From the NCBI RefSeq assembly GCF_000315625.1, contig NW_005434587.1:186001-250000 (forward strand): a stretch of DNA of 64,000 bases, written 5' to 3'. Of this stretch, positions 48,545 through 60,749 are shown piece by piece (position 1 is the stretch's first letter; every line of letters begins with the position of its first letter). Below the pieces are notes generated by a model, which was given only the letters and a program-made list of their open reading frames with translations, searched no databases and had not been told where the DNA came from. The DNA is from Guillardia theta CCMP2712. Lineage: Eukaryota; Protista; Cryptophyta. A program made the position numbers and the translations under genes.

Positions 48545-51440
48545 CATCCTCAGGGCTCTTTCTCCTTGGGAGGCCTGACAACTCCTTAGTTCCTCTTCGT
48601 CTCTCCTCCTCTCCCTGTCACCTTCCTCGCCGTTTTGCTGCTGGTTTCGGCGCAGGAGGGAGGCCTGAAAACGTCTCAACAAGCGAGGAGAGGGGACGAG
48701 AATTTTTCACCTCCTTCCTGCTTCTCACCCTCCTGGTCTTCCTGTTGGTCCTCTTTCTCCGGCTTGCTCGACGTCGCAGCCGCCGAGTCGACCTTGCGAG
48801 GGCGACCTCTCCTCTTCTTGGTTTCGGTGCCAGTCTCCACCTTCGCTTCTGTTTCTGATGTCTCTCCGCTTTCTTCGAAGCTCGATTCTCTTTCCGCATC
48901 CTTTCTTGCCTCCTCCTCCTCCTTCACCACCTTGGTCCGTCTCCTTGCAGCCGGAGCTACGACCTCCTCCTGTTCCTCCTTCACCTTCCGCTGCCTCTCG
49001 TCCCATCCAGCCCTAAACTCTGTGCTCGATCCCCCTTCCATTTCTTCGTCCCTCCCCTCAGGCCTTCGCACTTTCCTCACCTGCCACTTCTGATTGGCGG
49101 GCAAACGCTCCCGCCTTTCGCCTCCTCCTCCTCCTCCTCCTCCTCCTCCTTCCCTTCCTTCCCAATCTCTCACACCTGCCCCTTCTCTATCTGTCCTTCC
49201 TCTTGCTCCTGCTCCTCTCCCTCCTCCTCTTGGGTCTTCTCCCGCTCCTTCTCGCCACTGGCCCGTCGGTCTTCCTGTGAATTCTCCTCTCCCCCCCGCG
49301 GCTGCGCTCCTGCCTCTCCTCGTGACCTCCTGCCCGTCTTGTCGGCCGACTGCGCGATGTCAGGAAGAGCCTCTTGGAGAAGAGCCTGCAGAGGAGATCA
49401 GCATTGGCTCTGACAGGAAGAGAAGGAGATGAGGAGACAGGGGGGGAGAGACTAGACGGAAGGAGAGGAAGAGTAGAGCAGAAGTGGCTGAGATGAATTG
49501 GGCTGAGAACTGCATCTCAACGGAGAGGAGAGGAGAGGAGAGGAGAGGAGAGGAGAGGAGAGAGAGGAGAGGAGAGGAGAGGAGAGGAGAGGAGAGGAGA
49601 GGAGAGGAGAGGAGAGGAGGAGACGAGCGGTGGAGAGAAAGGCAAGACCTCCTGCTGCTGCATTTTGTCAAGGATAGCCTTGCTCTGAGAGCTAGCTCGC
49701 TCCATCAATGCTCGACGGGGACGGCGCCGACCGAATGGATCGACGATGCCGCGCGTGATGTCGGACTGGGAAGTGGAGCCGGAGTAGGAATCCTGTACTC
49801 ATTCATGAGAAACGAAAAACAGAGCAGGGAAAACAGAAGACAAAGGGAAACGATGAAGAAGTACAGCAGCAGACTTCAACAAGAAGTAGCACGAGAAGGT
49901 ATGAATTCAACAAGAGATAGGAGCAGAACGGAATGGAGAAGGCGTTGTAAGAGCAGGAGCAGTTTGCACCTCAAACATGTCGTTGTCTTCAACATTCTGC
50001 AAGTTCTCAATCAATCAAGATCATGGCGTGAGATTAACATGATATACCTTGACGCTTTCTGTCCGAGGTTGCTTTTCTTTTTGTACATTGTTCTTCCTGC
50101 AGTACCAGCAAATATGAAAGAATGTCACGTCCTCGTCGTGTCATGTTCATTTTCATCATCATCAAAACCCATTCTCCATCATCCTCATCGTCTCCATGAA
50201 ACGAAAGCACCAACCTTGCTGGATCTGCTATCAAGTAGGTGGACCCATCCGGCAACACCTGAAAACAAATGGTTATTGATAAGCAATGAATCGAAGAGCA
50301 AGAAAGCAGAAAAATTATCACAAGCGTGTCAATCCAAGAATAGAGAATGAGACCAAACGGTATTGACACTTGAACATGACAGGAACAAGCAAACGCAGAG
50401 AACAATAAAAAAAACTCTTTTTCCTTCTTCTGTCCCTCTGGCATAATCACGATCGCCATCATCATCATCATCGTCGTCGTCGTCATCACCATCGTCATCA
50501 TCGTATTCGCATAATATTATCATCGTAACATGTATCATTCTCATGGTATGATCTTTTCTCGAAATCTACACCTGAACAGGGTCCGCATTGAAGTCGTTGT
50601 CCCAGTCAATAGACCGATTTGAGCCTGGCTTGTCGGTTAGAAAAGAACTTCGAAAAAAATGCAGAACATTGTCCAGACAAAACCATAAAGTTAGACATGT
50701 TTGAAGTCCCAAAAGATGATTGATGGTAATTCATAGATAGGATCGATGATGAAATCAACAACTTCAACAGTTAAGATCTTTCTTGCGAACTGACATGAAT
50801 CATGATAGATGCAAATGAAAGAAAAAATGTTGATGATGTATATGACACCATATGATCAATTCTGGATCAACGAGAACAGATGCTTTTACCTTTTGGTCGA
50901 ATGGGCTCGACTATATGACCGAAAATGACCTTGAAAACGATTCCGTCAGAGCAGAATATCAGCAGGACAACTGTTATTATCATCATTATCATCATCATCT
51001 CTCATTGATCTTTGTCATCATGGCAAGGGTGGGTGCTGAACTCGAGAAAAGAAAGCACCTTCTTCTGTATGGGATCAAAATAATCAACTCTCAGGTTGTA
51101 ATGCGTCCAATCCTGTCACAACATCAGGCAAGAGAACACTTCGTTTGACAACAAACAGATTCATGGTCGTCATCGAAGATTTCAACGGGATGCCAATCGT
51201 CGGCTGCAAACTTCCTTCAGCAGGGAGGTCTGATCATTCCGATAACAACAACCAGTTACGTTGTACTTCGGGTCCTTGCACCTGAAAAATACAAATTAAG
51301 ACAGACAGGCAGGAAGGTTTTCCATCCAGGATGGAAAAGCATGCAAGAGTTTTTGATAGTGCAATAGAAGATCTGTGTCAGAACAAAGTTCGCCTCACCG
51401 CTCGAACAAGTCAGAGCCAACAACGTCCCTTGCGAACCTG
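48545..51440 (-). CDS. Hypothetical multi-exon region with acidic/basic tail and AT-hook; may be the continuation of the RRM gene
   Basis: Exon ~48676-49085 contains KKRRGRPRK (48793-48819). Many short exons are bounded by GT-AG on the minus strand. Confidence 0.4.
49522..49620. repeat. (GGAGA)n microsatellite
   Basis: Direct inspection; probably intronic. Confidence 0.9.
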
Positions 51441-51460
51441 AAGCAAACGAGATGGAATCA

Positions 51461-52551
51461 TTACAATACCCTGTCACTCCAACTTCCTTCCTCCCCATCT
51501 CCACCTCTCCCCCCCTCGTCCTCCCTGCTTCTTTCTCTAATTTAGGATTCATTCAGCCTCTTTGTCTTGATCCCACCCTATTCTTGCTCTTCCTCGTAAT
51601 TTCCTCCGACCCAAACTTTCTCCATTACCTGTATGTCATTTTCTCCTTCGAGATTGCATTCTTCTGCTCCTCGTATGTCGGATTGTACCTCAAGGCCTCC
51701 ACGCATACAGTCAGCCTCCTCCACACGCTCTCCCCCCCCCTCCTCCCCACTTTTCCCCTTCCCCACTCCCACCCCTCCCACCCCTCCTGCTCCTCCTGCT
51801 CTCCTCCTGTTGAAAAACCAACTCCGACTTCCTCTTCCACTTCCCCCCAGCCAAGCACTCTCACTCTAGGGTCGAGCCTGACAGCTTGAGGAGGGATTCG
51901 TTTCCTCTGAGCCAGGTGCACCTGTCGATGGCTGAGCGTGAAAAGACAAAGATACAACTCAGGCACCTGTATCCTCCGACCTCCGACGTCCCTATCATTC
52001 ATTGCAAGGATTGCTGTCCGCGCATCTTCCGCATTTCTGAAGGCGAGCAATGGTGGTCAAGAGCGTTCTCGAAGCATTTCCTCTGATTCACCTGAACACA
52101 ACGTGCCCGTACCCTCTAGAACGATCGTTCTTGTCATCGTATGAAACCTTCACGAGGGAAGAAAAACGTCAAAGACGGAATTCAGCAGCAACGAACGAAA
52201 CATGATCACCTGAGCGTTGAATATGGGGCCGAATTTTTCGAACAGCTTTTGCAGCCCGTAGCTGTCAACAACCCAAGGAAGATTTCCAACAAACAGCACT
52301 TTGTCGTCATCCGGTTCTTGTTCCGACCCAGACATGTATAACCGAACTGATTTTTGCCTTGTGCTGGCCAGCAAAAACTTGTTTGCTGGATTCAACATTG
52401 GCGACACAAAAGATTGGAGGAGGAGAGAAGAGGAGAACGAGTTCTGCTTGTTGGGATGGCGCAAACAGATGCTGTTGACGTCAACCCACCCGGTCGTGAA
52501 AGAAGCAGCGAAGTTGAGAGTGAAAGCAATCAGTACCCAAGATCGAATCAT
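51461..52551 (-). CDS. Plastid-targeted RRM RNA-binding protein
   Basis: Leader MIRSWVLIAFTLNFAAS-F; RNP2 LFVGNL; RNP1 RSRGYGHV; AILAMNDRDVGGRRIQV. The 3' end is uncertain. Confidence 0.82.
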
Positions 52552-53012
52552 CTTGTCGCTCCTTCGAAGCAAAACAGAGCCTCAAGGCGGCTTATGATTG
52601 TCCTGATAGAAACGTCATTCAGGATTCAGTACAGCAAGCAACCGAGCAAGCTTCATTGTTTGAGCTTGTCTTCTGTAAGCGTTTACTTCCCTCACACAAA
52701 ATGATCCTACGCTTCGACTATAGATCTTTCATTCAATTTTCTTCCCGTCTTTCCCACCCATTATACTCAATATACACCACGAGCTTCCATCCATACGTTT
52801 GCTTCTGATCACGACACTTTCCTGATCCTGATCCTGCACTTGCCCCTGCACTTGCCCCTGCATCTGGCCTACTAATCCTCCTCCTGCCCCTTTGGATTTC
52901 TCTCTACCCCCTCTCCTTCTTTCCTTCCCTTCTCTGCCCTCGTTCAACCTCCCTTCCTCCTCCTCCTCCTCCTCCTCCTCTTCCTCTCCCTCCACCTCCC
53001 CCTCGCTCCGAC

Positions 53013-54380
53013 ATGCGGCTATACGACATGGGCTCGGCCCAAGCCGGCCACCCAGCCACCAAATACCACCTACCCCAGCACTTCAATGCAGGTTGACCAG
53101 TGAATATGGGGTAGGGGAGGAGGGATCCTTGGAGCGAGGGGTGGGGTCCATGGTCGAGAGGCAGGGAGCTTAAAGGTAGGGTGAAGCAGTGGGAAAAGAC
53201 CGGTAGTGATCCGGATCGGGGGTGCGATTATGGAATCGGGGAGAGGGATGGCGATGGCGGTTAAGGGAGGAGGAGGAGGAGGAGGAGGAGGAGGAGGAGG
53301 AGGAGGAGGAGGAGGAGGAGGAATTGTGGTCAGTTCAGCGTTTTCAACGCTAGATGGACACTTGAATCCGATAATGGGCAGCCAGAGGAGCAGAAGACCC
53401 ATGGACATGAGCAGAAGTTTGAAAATGCGCAAAGACAAGGCGAGCTCGGAGTTTGAGATGCACAAACGGATATACTGGCAGGCGAGCTACGCCAACTTGA
53501 TTGTCGACAAGGAAAGGGGGAAAGAGAAGAAGGTTCCCTTGAAAGGTAGAGAGGATGTGATTTGAGGCCTTAGTGATTGTTGTTGTTCAGTGCTGAACAT
53601 GAAGTTCATGGTGAGGGAGTCCACAAAAGGTGAGGAGAGCCATGCAGGCATGGCCTATCTGACATGGAGATCAGAGAAGTACAGCATCATGAAGCTCGCC
53701 TTCATCTACCTCATAATCTCGACCTTCTTCCCGGCACTCCATGTTGTCATGTTCACAATTGTCATGTTGCAGCGAGTGACGGTATCTTCGCCCATGGCCG
53801 AGCAGTTCTGACAGTTTTTCGCAGTTTTACGCCACTTTGAGTCCAGAAGAGCAGGAACAAGAGCAAGGGTCCAAGTTTGGCTTCCTGCGCTCCTTTGCTG
53901 CCCTGGTTGCCACCATCACCGTCGTCTCATTTCTTCGTCTCCCCCGAGGACCATGATGGAGTTGGCAGAGGGGAGGGGACGATGTTGAACCGGGGAAGTG
54001 GGAGCAAGGGAGAGACGAGGGGAGCGAGAAACAGAGCAGGGAAGTAGTAACGAGGAAGAAGGAGAATGGTGAGATGTGGGGATAGATACGAAGTGGTCGG
54101 AATATTCTTGTATATGATTGTGGTTCTATGTGAATAAGTTCATGTACTATGATCTTCTCTCTCAGGCTTCCATCGATATCCATTGCTCGAGCTCGAACTT
54201 GGCCCCGAGCTCACTCATGTTCTTGTGCTGTTGCTGTGCACGCCGTCAGGTCGTATGGTAGGGATACGACAAGTGCAGGGGAACTGAGTATGCTGCCAAA
54301 TCCTCCCAACTGTTTGCAAACCTTTCGAGCGAACATCTACGAAGCTTTCTTGACAGCAGTAGCCGTCGACTTCATTGGAC
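53013..54380 (+). CDS. Hypothetical multi-exon protein, possibly membrane
   Basis: ATG at 53013 with a GT donor near 53092. Coding-like exons ~53354-53545, ~53675-53750 (hydrophobic KLAFIYLIISTFFP) and ~53825-53955. Confidence 0.35.
53266..53322. repeat. (GGA)19 microsatellite
   Basis: Direct inspection; probably intronic. Confidence 0.9.
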
Positions 54381-54384
54381 TCTG

Positions 54385-57300
54385 TTAAGAAGTTTTTGAC
54401 TGCAAGGCTTGCTCCGTCTCACGACTGGGCTCATTCTTCACCTCGCCCTGGTCACTTTTGGTACTGCTCGTCACTTCCTCCTTCATCAAACCAGCAGGCG
54501 CATGCCCACCCTCAGCTGCTACCGATGGCACAGGGCTGGAAGAGGCGCCCTTCTTGGGTTTCATTGGTCGAGGAGGAGAGGAGATGGGGAAGGAATTCAG
54601 AGCGACTTCGCCATTCAGAACTTTTGAAAGTTCGAGCACGAGAGCACCGAGATCTGAGACGACCAGCACTTCTGACCCTTCGCTGTCCTCCTTCTCCACC
54701 GAGACGGGTATCCAATGGTTCGCTACCAGCTGCAGCACGCCCGGCTGCGAGCTGGCGACGGCAAACTTGATCTGATTGTCTCCGCTATCCGCCCTAACCC
54801 ACTTCCTGCCTTTGCAGGTCCCATCGTCATAAACCCCCGTCGTGATCTCACACACGTGACAGGCCTCGGCTGTGCACTCCCTCGCGTTCTCTGAGCACAA
54901 GGCAAACCAACTCTTCGTGGGTGGATGCTTGTAGAGAGTGCCCAGCAGCCTCTGGCCGGGCGCTGCCTTGGCCGGAAACGCCTCGGGTATCAGCTCTCCT
55001 GCCAGGATCCCGTAGGCTTCATCGACGCTCTCCTTCTCCTCCAAGACTCTTACGCACTTCTGCTCCTCCCCCTCCACTGTCACAGGACTCGGTCGAGCTG
55101 CTGTTTCCCCTGCATATTCGACAGACTCAACCTGTACGGGGATCCAACCCAACCATGGGAGGGTGAAGAGCTTTGGGTACAGAGACGCAGGGAGGTAGCG
55201 CGATGGCCCGCTGTCCTGCCCTGATCCCAAGTCCTTGAGCCACTCTATCGCCTTGCACGTGCCGTCGGTGTAGACGCCACTGTGAACTTGAAAGATTCGG
55301 AACCCTCGCAGCTCTCTGTCGTCGTCATCCACTACCATGGCAAACCAGGGAGTCACTGCCGGGTGTTTTGAGTCCCGGGGCTCGCGCTTCTTGGCAGAGC
55401 TCTGCTTCTTCTTCTGTTTCTCGTTCTCGCTCCTGGCCTTGTCTTCCCACTCGTGCTTCTCCTCGGGCGTCTGAGGGATCGTCAGTCTGACATGAAAGCA
55501 CCTTGCTGGGATGTCTTACAATCTTTTTCCATCGTTCGCCCATTCTCTGCATGACCTCTTTCATGGGCATCTTAGGATTCTCCTGCACAGCAGTAAAACA
55601 ACCGTCACACGAGTCCACACCAAACTCGCATCGAGCACCCAGACTCTCACCTTTCGAATCTCCTCACGAGCTTGATGGCTCCACAACCAGTACGCTGAGA
55701 TCGATTTCTTCGTCCCCGCATCATCATCATCGCCCGCACAATCTCGTTTCTTCTCTTGAGCATCCGCGCTGACCTGAAACTTGGGCCTTATGCCATGGGC
55801 AGCGCAGTACTTCTTGTAAGCTGCGACATCTCGATTCCACTGATCCATCAGCTGAGAGTATTTCTTCTTGTAAACTCCCTTCTCAATCTCCTTCATCGAT
55901 TTCCAATGCTCAGACGCGACGCTCATCAGCTCCGCATGTTTCAATCCTGGGTGACGTTGCTTCATGGTGTTGGAAGGATCCAGAAACCACAGCAAGAAAG
56001 CGTTCATCGGCTTCTTGGGGCACTCGGTGACTTCACGTTCTTCATCTTGATTGCTTGCAACCATGGAGATACTCCCAACGTTGGCCTGATTGACACGAGG
56101 ATTCAGTTGAAAATCCAAGTCTCTCTTCCTCCTCCGCTCTTCAGCGTCCTCCCCAACATCAGCCCAGCGGTCGGTCTCGTAGGATAAGATCCCATCTTCA
56201 ACCTCAAACTCCTCCAGGTCTTCTTCTCCCACCGCCGCAGAATCGAATTTCACATGCCACAGTGCCGCTGGAACGTTGAAGTACTCGCTGACAAAATCAG
56301 AGACTTCCACAGGCAACCATCCTACGATAGTTCCGTCAGCTGCCGAGATTACTTGCTTCTCTCCAGCGTCATCGTACAGTGCTCTCCTGACTCGCTTGCC
56401 AAGGAATTCACTTCCTTGGGTCCACCACTCGCCGTCTCCTTGTTCTCCCTGCTTGCCCGGCTCAGCCCCCGCGCGATTTGCTACAAGGTTTGCTTCTTGT
56501 GCCAGCGCAGAACTCGTAACAGCAACGACGTGGGGAACAACTTGTGAAGAGACCGAGCTTTGGCCATCGTATGCTTGGTGGGTCTGGTTGCTGTCTGGAG
56601 GAAGCTGGTGAGGCTTCAGCGGTGTGGGCAAGGGCTGAGCCTGTGGAACAAACGGAGGATTGTTGAGATGAGGTGACTGAGGTATTATCACGTCCGGCGT
56701 CATAGCGTTGTGATGCATCGAGCTCAATTGGGTAGGAGCTTTCTTGTGCCTCGCCATTGAAGCGTCCACCTCTGCTTTTCTCTTCCTGCCTCGTTGCGGC
56801 CGAGATGGTGCAGCGGAAACCGAATGATAGGAAGGCTGCAAAGTGCTCCTTGCATGCACTTGACCCTGTTGATATGACAACACATGTGCCTGCGTGCTCC
56901 TTTGGCCGGCATATTGATTCTGCATCGAGTAGTATGCTGGCATATTTGAGGGAGCAGCTCCACCAGGATACATGCCATACGTGTCTCCACTGAGAGGTTG
57001 TGAAGGCAAGACGTCGTGAGGCTGATGGTACATCGGCTGCTCTGATGTCCACGAGGGAGGCAGGTCGGTGCTCCTTGACTGAACTGGATGCAAAGATCTC
57101 GAATCGAATTCAGATGGCACGTAGCTTCTATCTATGCGATTCATCGCATCCCTTGAGGCCACAGTACGGGGGTAGTTCGCCGGTGCATTCAGGTAGGAGG
57201 CAGGGGATGGCATCGTAGCGTTAGAAGTCCAGGCATCGGACATATTTACAGGGTATGCCTGCGGAGTAGCAAAGTTGCCAAGAGGCATGTTGGGCATGTT

Positions 57301-57852
57301 GGAGTACTGCTCATAGGGAGCATTAACCGCTGAAACGGGTTCTGACAAGTCCTGAGGAATCGTAGGTGGCTGCAGATTGCTCGGATACGAATCCATGTCA
57401 GGAACTTGCTGATCAGTCCAGGCTGAATCCGGCAGGAGCCTCGGGGCATTCGGATCGTTGTATGTCACTTCACATGCTGGATAATAACTTGACTGTGAAA
57501 TCGCTGGGTTCAGCGAGGCTTGAGAAGGCATCCCCATCGCATTGTCTGCCTGAGCCGTCCAATTACCTGTGAGGCTGACAGGGTAATGAGAGTTCTCATC
57601 AATAGGATCATTGGTCACATAACTATGTTGAGATGCAAGGTTGCTGTGGATAGGAACATTGTACTCGTTCCTCTCCTGAAGAGCTGCCCGATTGTACGGA
57701 AGAGGGACTGTCTCAACGTAACTTTGCTGCGGTATGAACCCGGAATCTCCGCTCATGTCTGCATAAGTGTATGTCACGCCTTCACCCGCTGTAGAGTAGT
57801 TGATGCAATGGTCTACTGGCACATTGGGACAGAAATTTTCATCGAAGAGCAT
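54385..57852 (-). CDS. Chromatin-type protein: Pro/Gln/Tyr-rich N-terminus, Tudor-like domain, two HMG boxes, duplicated C-terminal domain
   Basis: Tudor-like FLGKRVRR..GTIVGW..LWHVKFD..EEDLEEFEV. HMG1 PKKPMNAFLLWF..SEHWKSM; HMG2 KKSISAYWLWS..|ENPKMPMKEVMQRMGERWKKI|TPEEKHEW. Two short introns link it to ORF 54385..55356. Confidence 0.85.
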
Positions 57853-58673
57853 GTCCCATCTCCTTCCAAAAGAATATGTCGGCTTTGAAGCAATGAAGCT
57901 TTCGGCTCAGATGTCCGTGTTCTGCGCAAACTGACGATTAGAGTGCGTTTGATCGGTTTGACATGAAGTTCAATACTCTCCATATTCTTGCTGTTTTCCT
58001 TGAACTACCTTTCTCTTTCTCTTTCCGCCATGGCCCTCCTCTCCCTCCCAGCTATACTAAACTCTAACCTACTCAACCTCATTTCACTCCCTCCTCAAAT
58101 CCTCGATGTTTCTCCCTCGCCCTCCCTTCTCACCACCAACACAACAAATCCTGTTCCCGCTCCCACTCCTGCTCCTGTTCCCACTCCTGATCCGCCTGCT
58201 CCTCCTGCTCCCCTTGTCATCGTCCCAGCCATGCTTCACCCGCCAAAACAGTTTGAAATCAAAACATGGAGCTGTGGAGCTGTGGAGCCCTATAGTCAAC
58301 CGAAATGGGTTTGTAGTCAATAATCACTCAAGTAGCCTTGTGTCATCAGTGTGTCGGACCAACGTGACGCGGCCGCCATGGTCTGACCACCACAGAGTCT
58401 GCGTACACCGTAGACGGTCGGCCGTGACGACATTCAAGGTGCACCAAGACCAGAATGACAGTAGGGCACGGTACGAGTTCAACCGCCCTGGTTGCGAGCC
58501 TCGGAGTGTGCTTTAATGTAGATTGTAACTCATTCTCAGCCGAGTCATGAGAGTGGAAAACTGAAGTTTTAAATGTTGTACGCGCTCAGAACATCACAAG
58601 TGATGATCCATGGCCTTGCATCCCACGCTGAAATCGAAGAATGAGCATGACGAACAGACATGGATCACTGTGA

Positions 58674-59865
58674 CTACTCAGTACCTGCTGCAGTGAATCG
58701 TCGGTAGCTGCGCTCTCGCGCGTGACGCCATAGATCTCCAGAGGAGGAGGACTTGGTCCCTGCAAGACCGATGAGGCAGAAGGAAGTAAGGCAACGAGAC
58801 CTCACCGTTATCTCGTTGGTGGCAAAAGTCTGCAAAGGAGCGAGCGAGGGCTGCATGCAGAGATAGCCCGCTCCCTTCAAGCCGTGGCGAGACGGGAACT
58901 TCAGCTTCCTGCTCACCAAGATCAAGGGACATAGGAAGCAGACTCAGAGTTGACCCTCACCCCTTCTCCTCCACCACGCTGTTGCCCTTGGCAAGGGGTG
59001 GGGTAGGAGAGAAGATCCATTGCAACCTTCGCGCTGTCTCCTCCTTGTTCATGTCGCCCTGCAAGAAGCAGTCAACACACGAGAGAGACGCCTGCAGCTC
59101 CTCCTCGCCTTGATCCCAAAATCTGAAAGCGTAGGCGTGGATGTAGCTGGCTTTGACTGCACCGCCAATGTCACCAAGAGCCGTTGATCGAGAAGTACAG
59201 AATACCTGACTGCTAGATGCGGTAACTTGAGACTTGCCGTCCTGAGGAGGAAGAGGAGGCAAGAGAGAAGGATCCGTGTCCTGTAGGAAGAGATCGCGAA
59301 GGTACGTGGGGAAGTATCCAGGAACCTCCTTCTTGCTAACATATTCTTGCATCATGGAAGCATCCGCATCTACATTGTTGTTGAAATTCATGCGAAAGAT
59401 GCTCCTACACATGTCTATCCCCATCATCTCCAGCCCGAAGAACAGATCCACCTCGTAGCTGCCATTCTGCCGCATCACCGTCCAGTTGCTGTTCTCGGGG
59501 TGCGGGTAGAGATGGATCCTCTCCTCATAGATCACGCTGGATCTTCCAGTCTCGTTGACGGCGACGATCTCCAGGTCTCTTTCCTTCCACCTGAACTTCA
59601 TCGTCTCCACCATGATGAACTTGTCTGCAGGGTTCACCGTTCCCTGGAGGAGGAGGGGCACAACCTCGGAGTAGTTGTAGACAACCTTCCTCTCAACGAC
59701 CGCCAGCCCTTCCTCAACAACGATCCTCTTAGCTGTGACCCTCACATCTTCTCTTTGAGGGAATCTTGAAGCCCGAGCATGCCGCCTCCACACTGCCTCT
59801 ACCGTCTCCTCCCATGGCCTCGCATGCTTGTGCTCATCTTCATCCGACGCCGTCGCTCTCCCCAT
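58674..59865 (-). CDS. PRELI/MSF1-domain lipid-transfer-like protein with C-terminal extension
   Basis: HKHARPWEETVEAVWRRH..VERKV..VETMKFRWKERDLEIVAVNET..YEERIHLYPHPENSNWTVMRQ matches the PRELI consensus. Confidence 0.8.
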
Positions 59866-60749
59866 TCCTGCCCCTCCGAACGCCACTGCAAGGTATCCGT
59901 GAGTATCCGTGAGACATGGATTGTACGTATCCATGAGTATCCGAACGTTTAGTGGGGTACTTTTGAAATTTTCCCAATATATTTGAATTTTAAGACCAAA
60001 TGTTATCTGTATAGTTCGATTCCTGTGGACGCTCCCACTCAAAAGCACCCCCTCCTCGAACTAAAATCCCTACAGTACCGGTATCGTTTAAACTAAAGGT
60101 ACCCACCCTTCCATTGTTTTGAAATTTCAATACCACCCCTACCCCCCTGACAGAATCGATCCTTTCCCCGCCTCGATGACCATGGTGAAGTTGCATGCTA
60201 GAAGCGCTTGCGAAGATGATCAGTACCCCACCGATGCATCCATGCACATCCAGTTCTACATCATCTTCATCCTCTATCTTGATCCCAACTTTTATGCTCC
60301 TCCCCTTACTCCCTCACACGTGCTCTTCGTTCATCTCCCCCTCTCCATGCGTTTGAGCTGCGAATTTTCTCCTTCTCCCTCATAATGTCCTCTACCATCT
60401 CATCCAATGCAACAGACACGTCATTTCTCTGCTTTATATCTGTAGAATGAATCCAACATTCCCTTGCCGCCATACTCTGAAACCTCATTCAATCATCCAT
60501 CCATTCCCCTCCCATTCAAAAGCTCTATTCTGAATGTTTTGGAGGTTCCATAATGTGTGTACCCGGTCTTCAGCTTGACCATTTTTTTGAGTGAAGAACG
60601 AACTCGATATTTGCTGATGTTTTACCCGGACAGCTTTAGCCTCATGCTCGATATTCTTGAAACAACTCAACGTGTCTCTCCCCTTCTGTTCACGGCTGCC
60701 CTTTAAATTTTAGGACCAGTGATCCTGTTATGAAAGATTTTTCAGTTTG

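Noticed and set aside
49484-50350. 288-aa plus-strand ORF with RRGEE repeats
   Set aside because: Driven by the (GGAGA)n tract and antisense to minus-strand exons.
51440-51463. TAATG stop-start overlap suggesting translational coupling
   Set aside because: The downstream ORF is only 16 codons; an alternative splice acceptor explains the region better.
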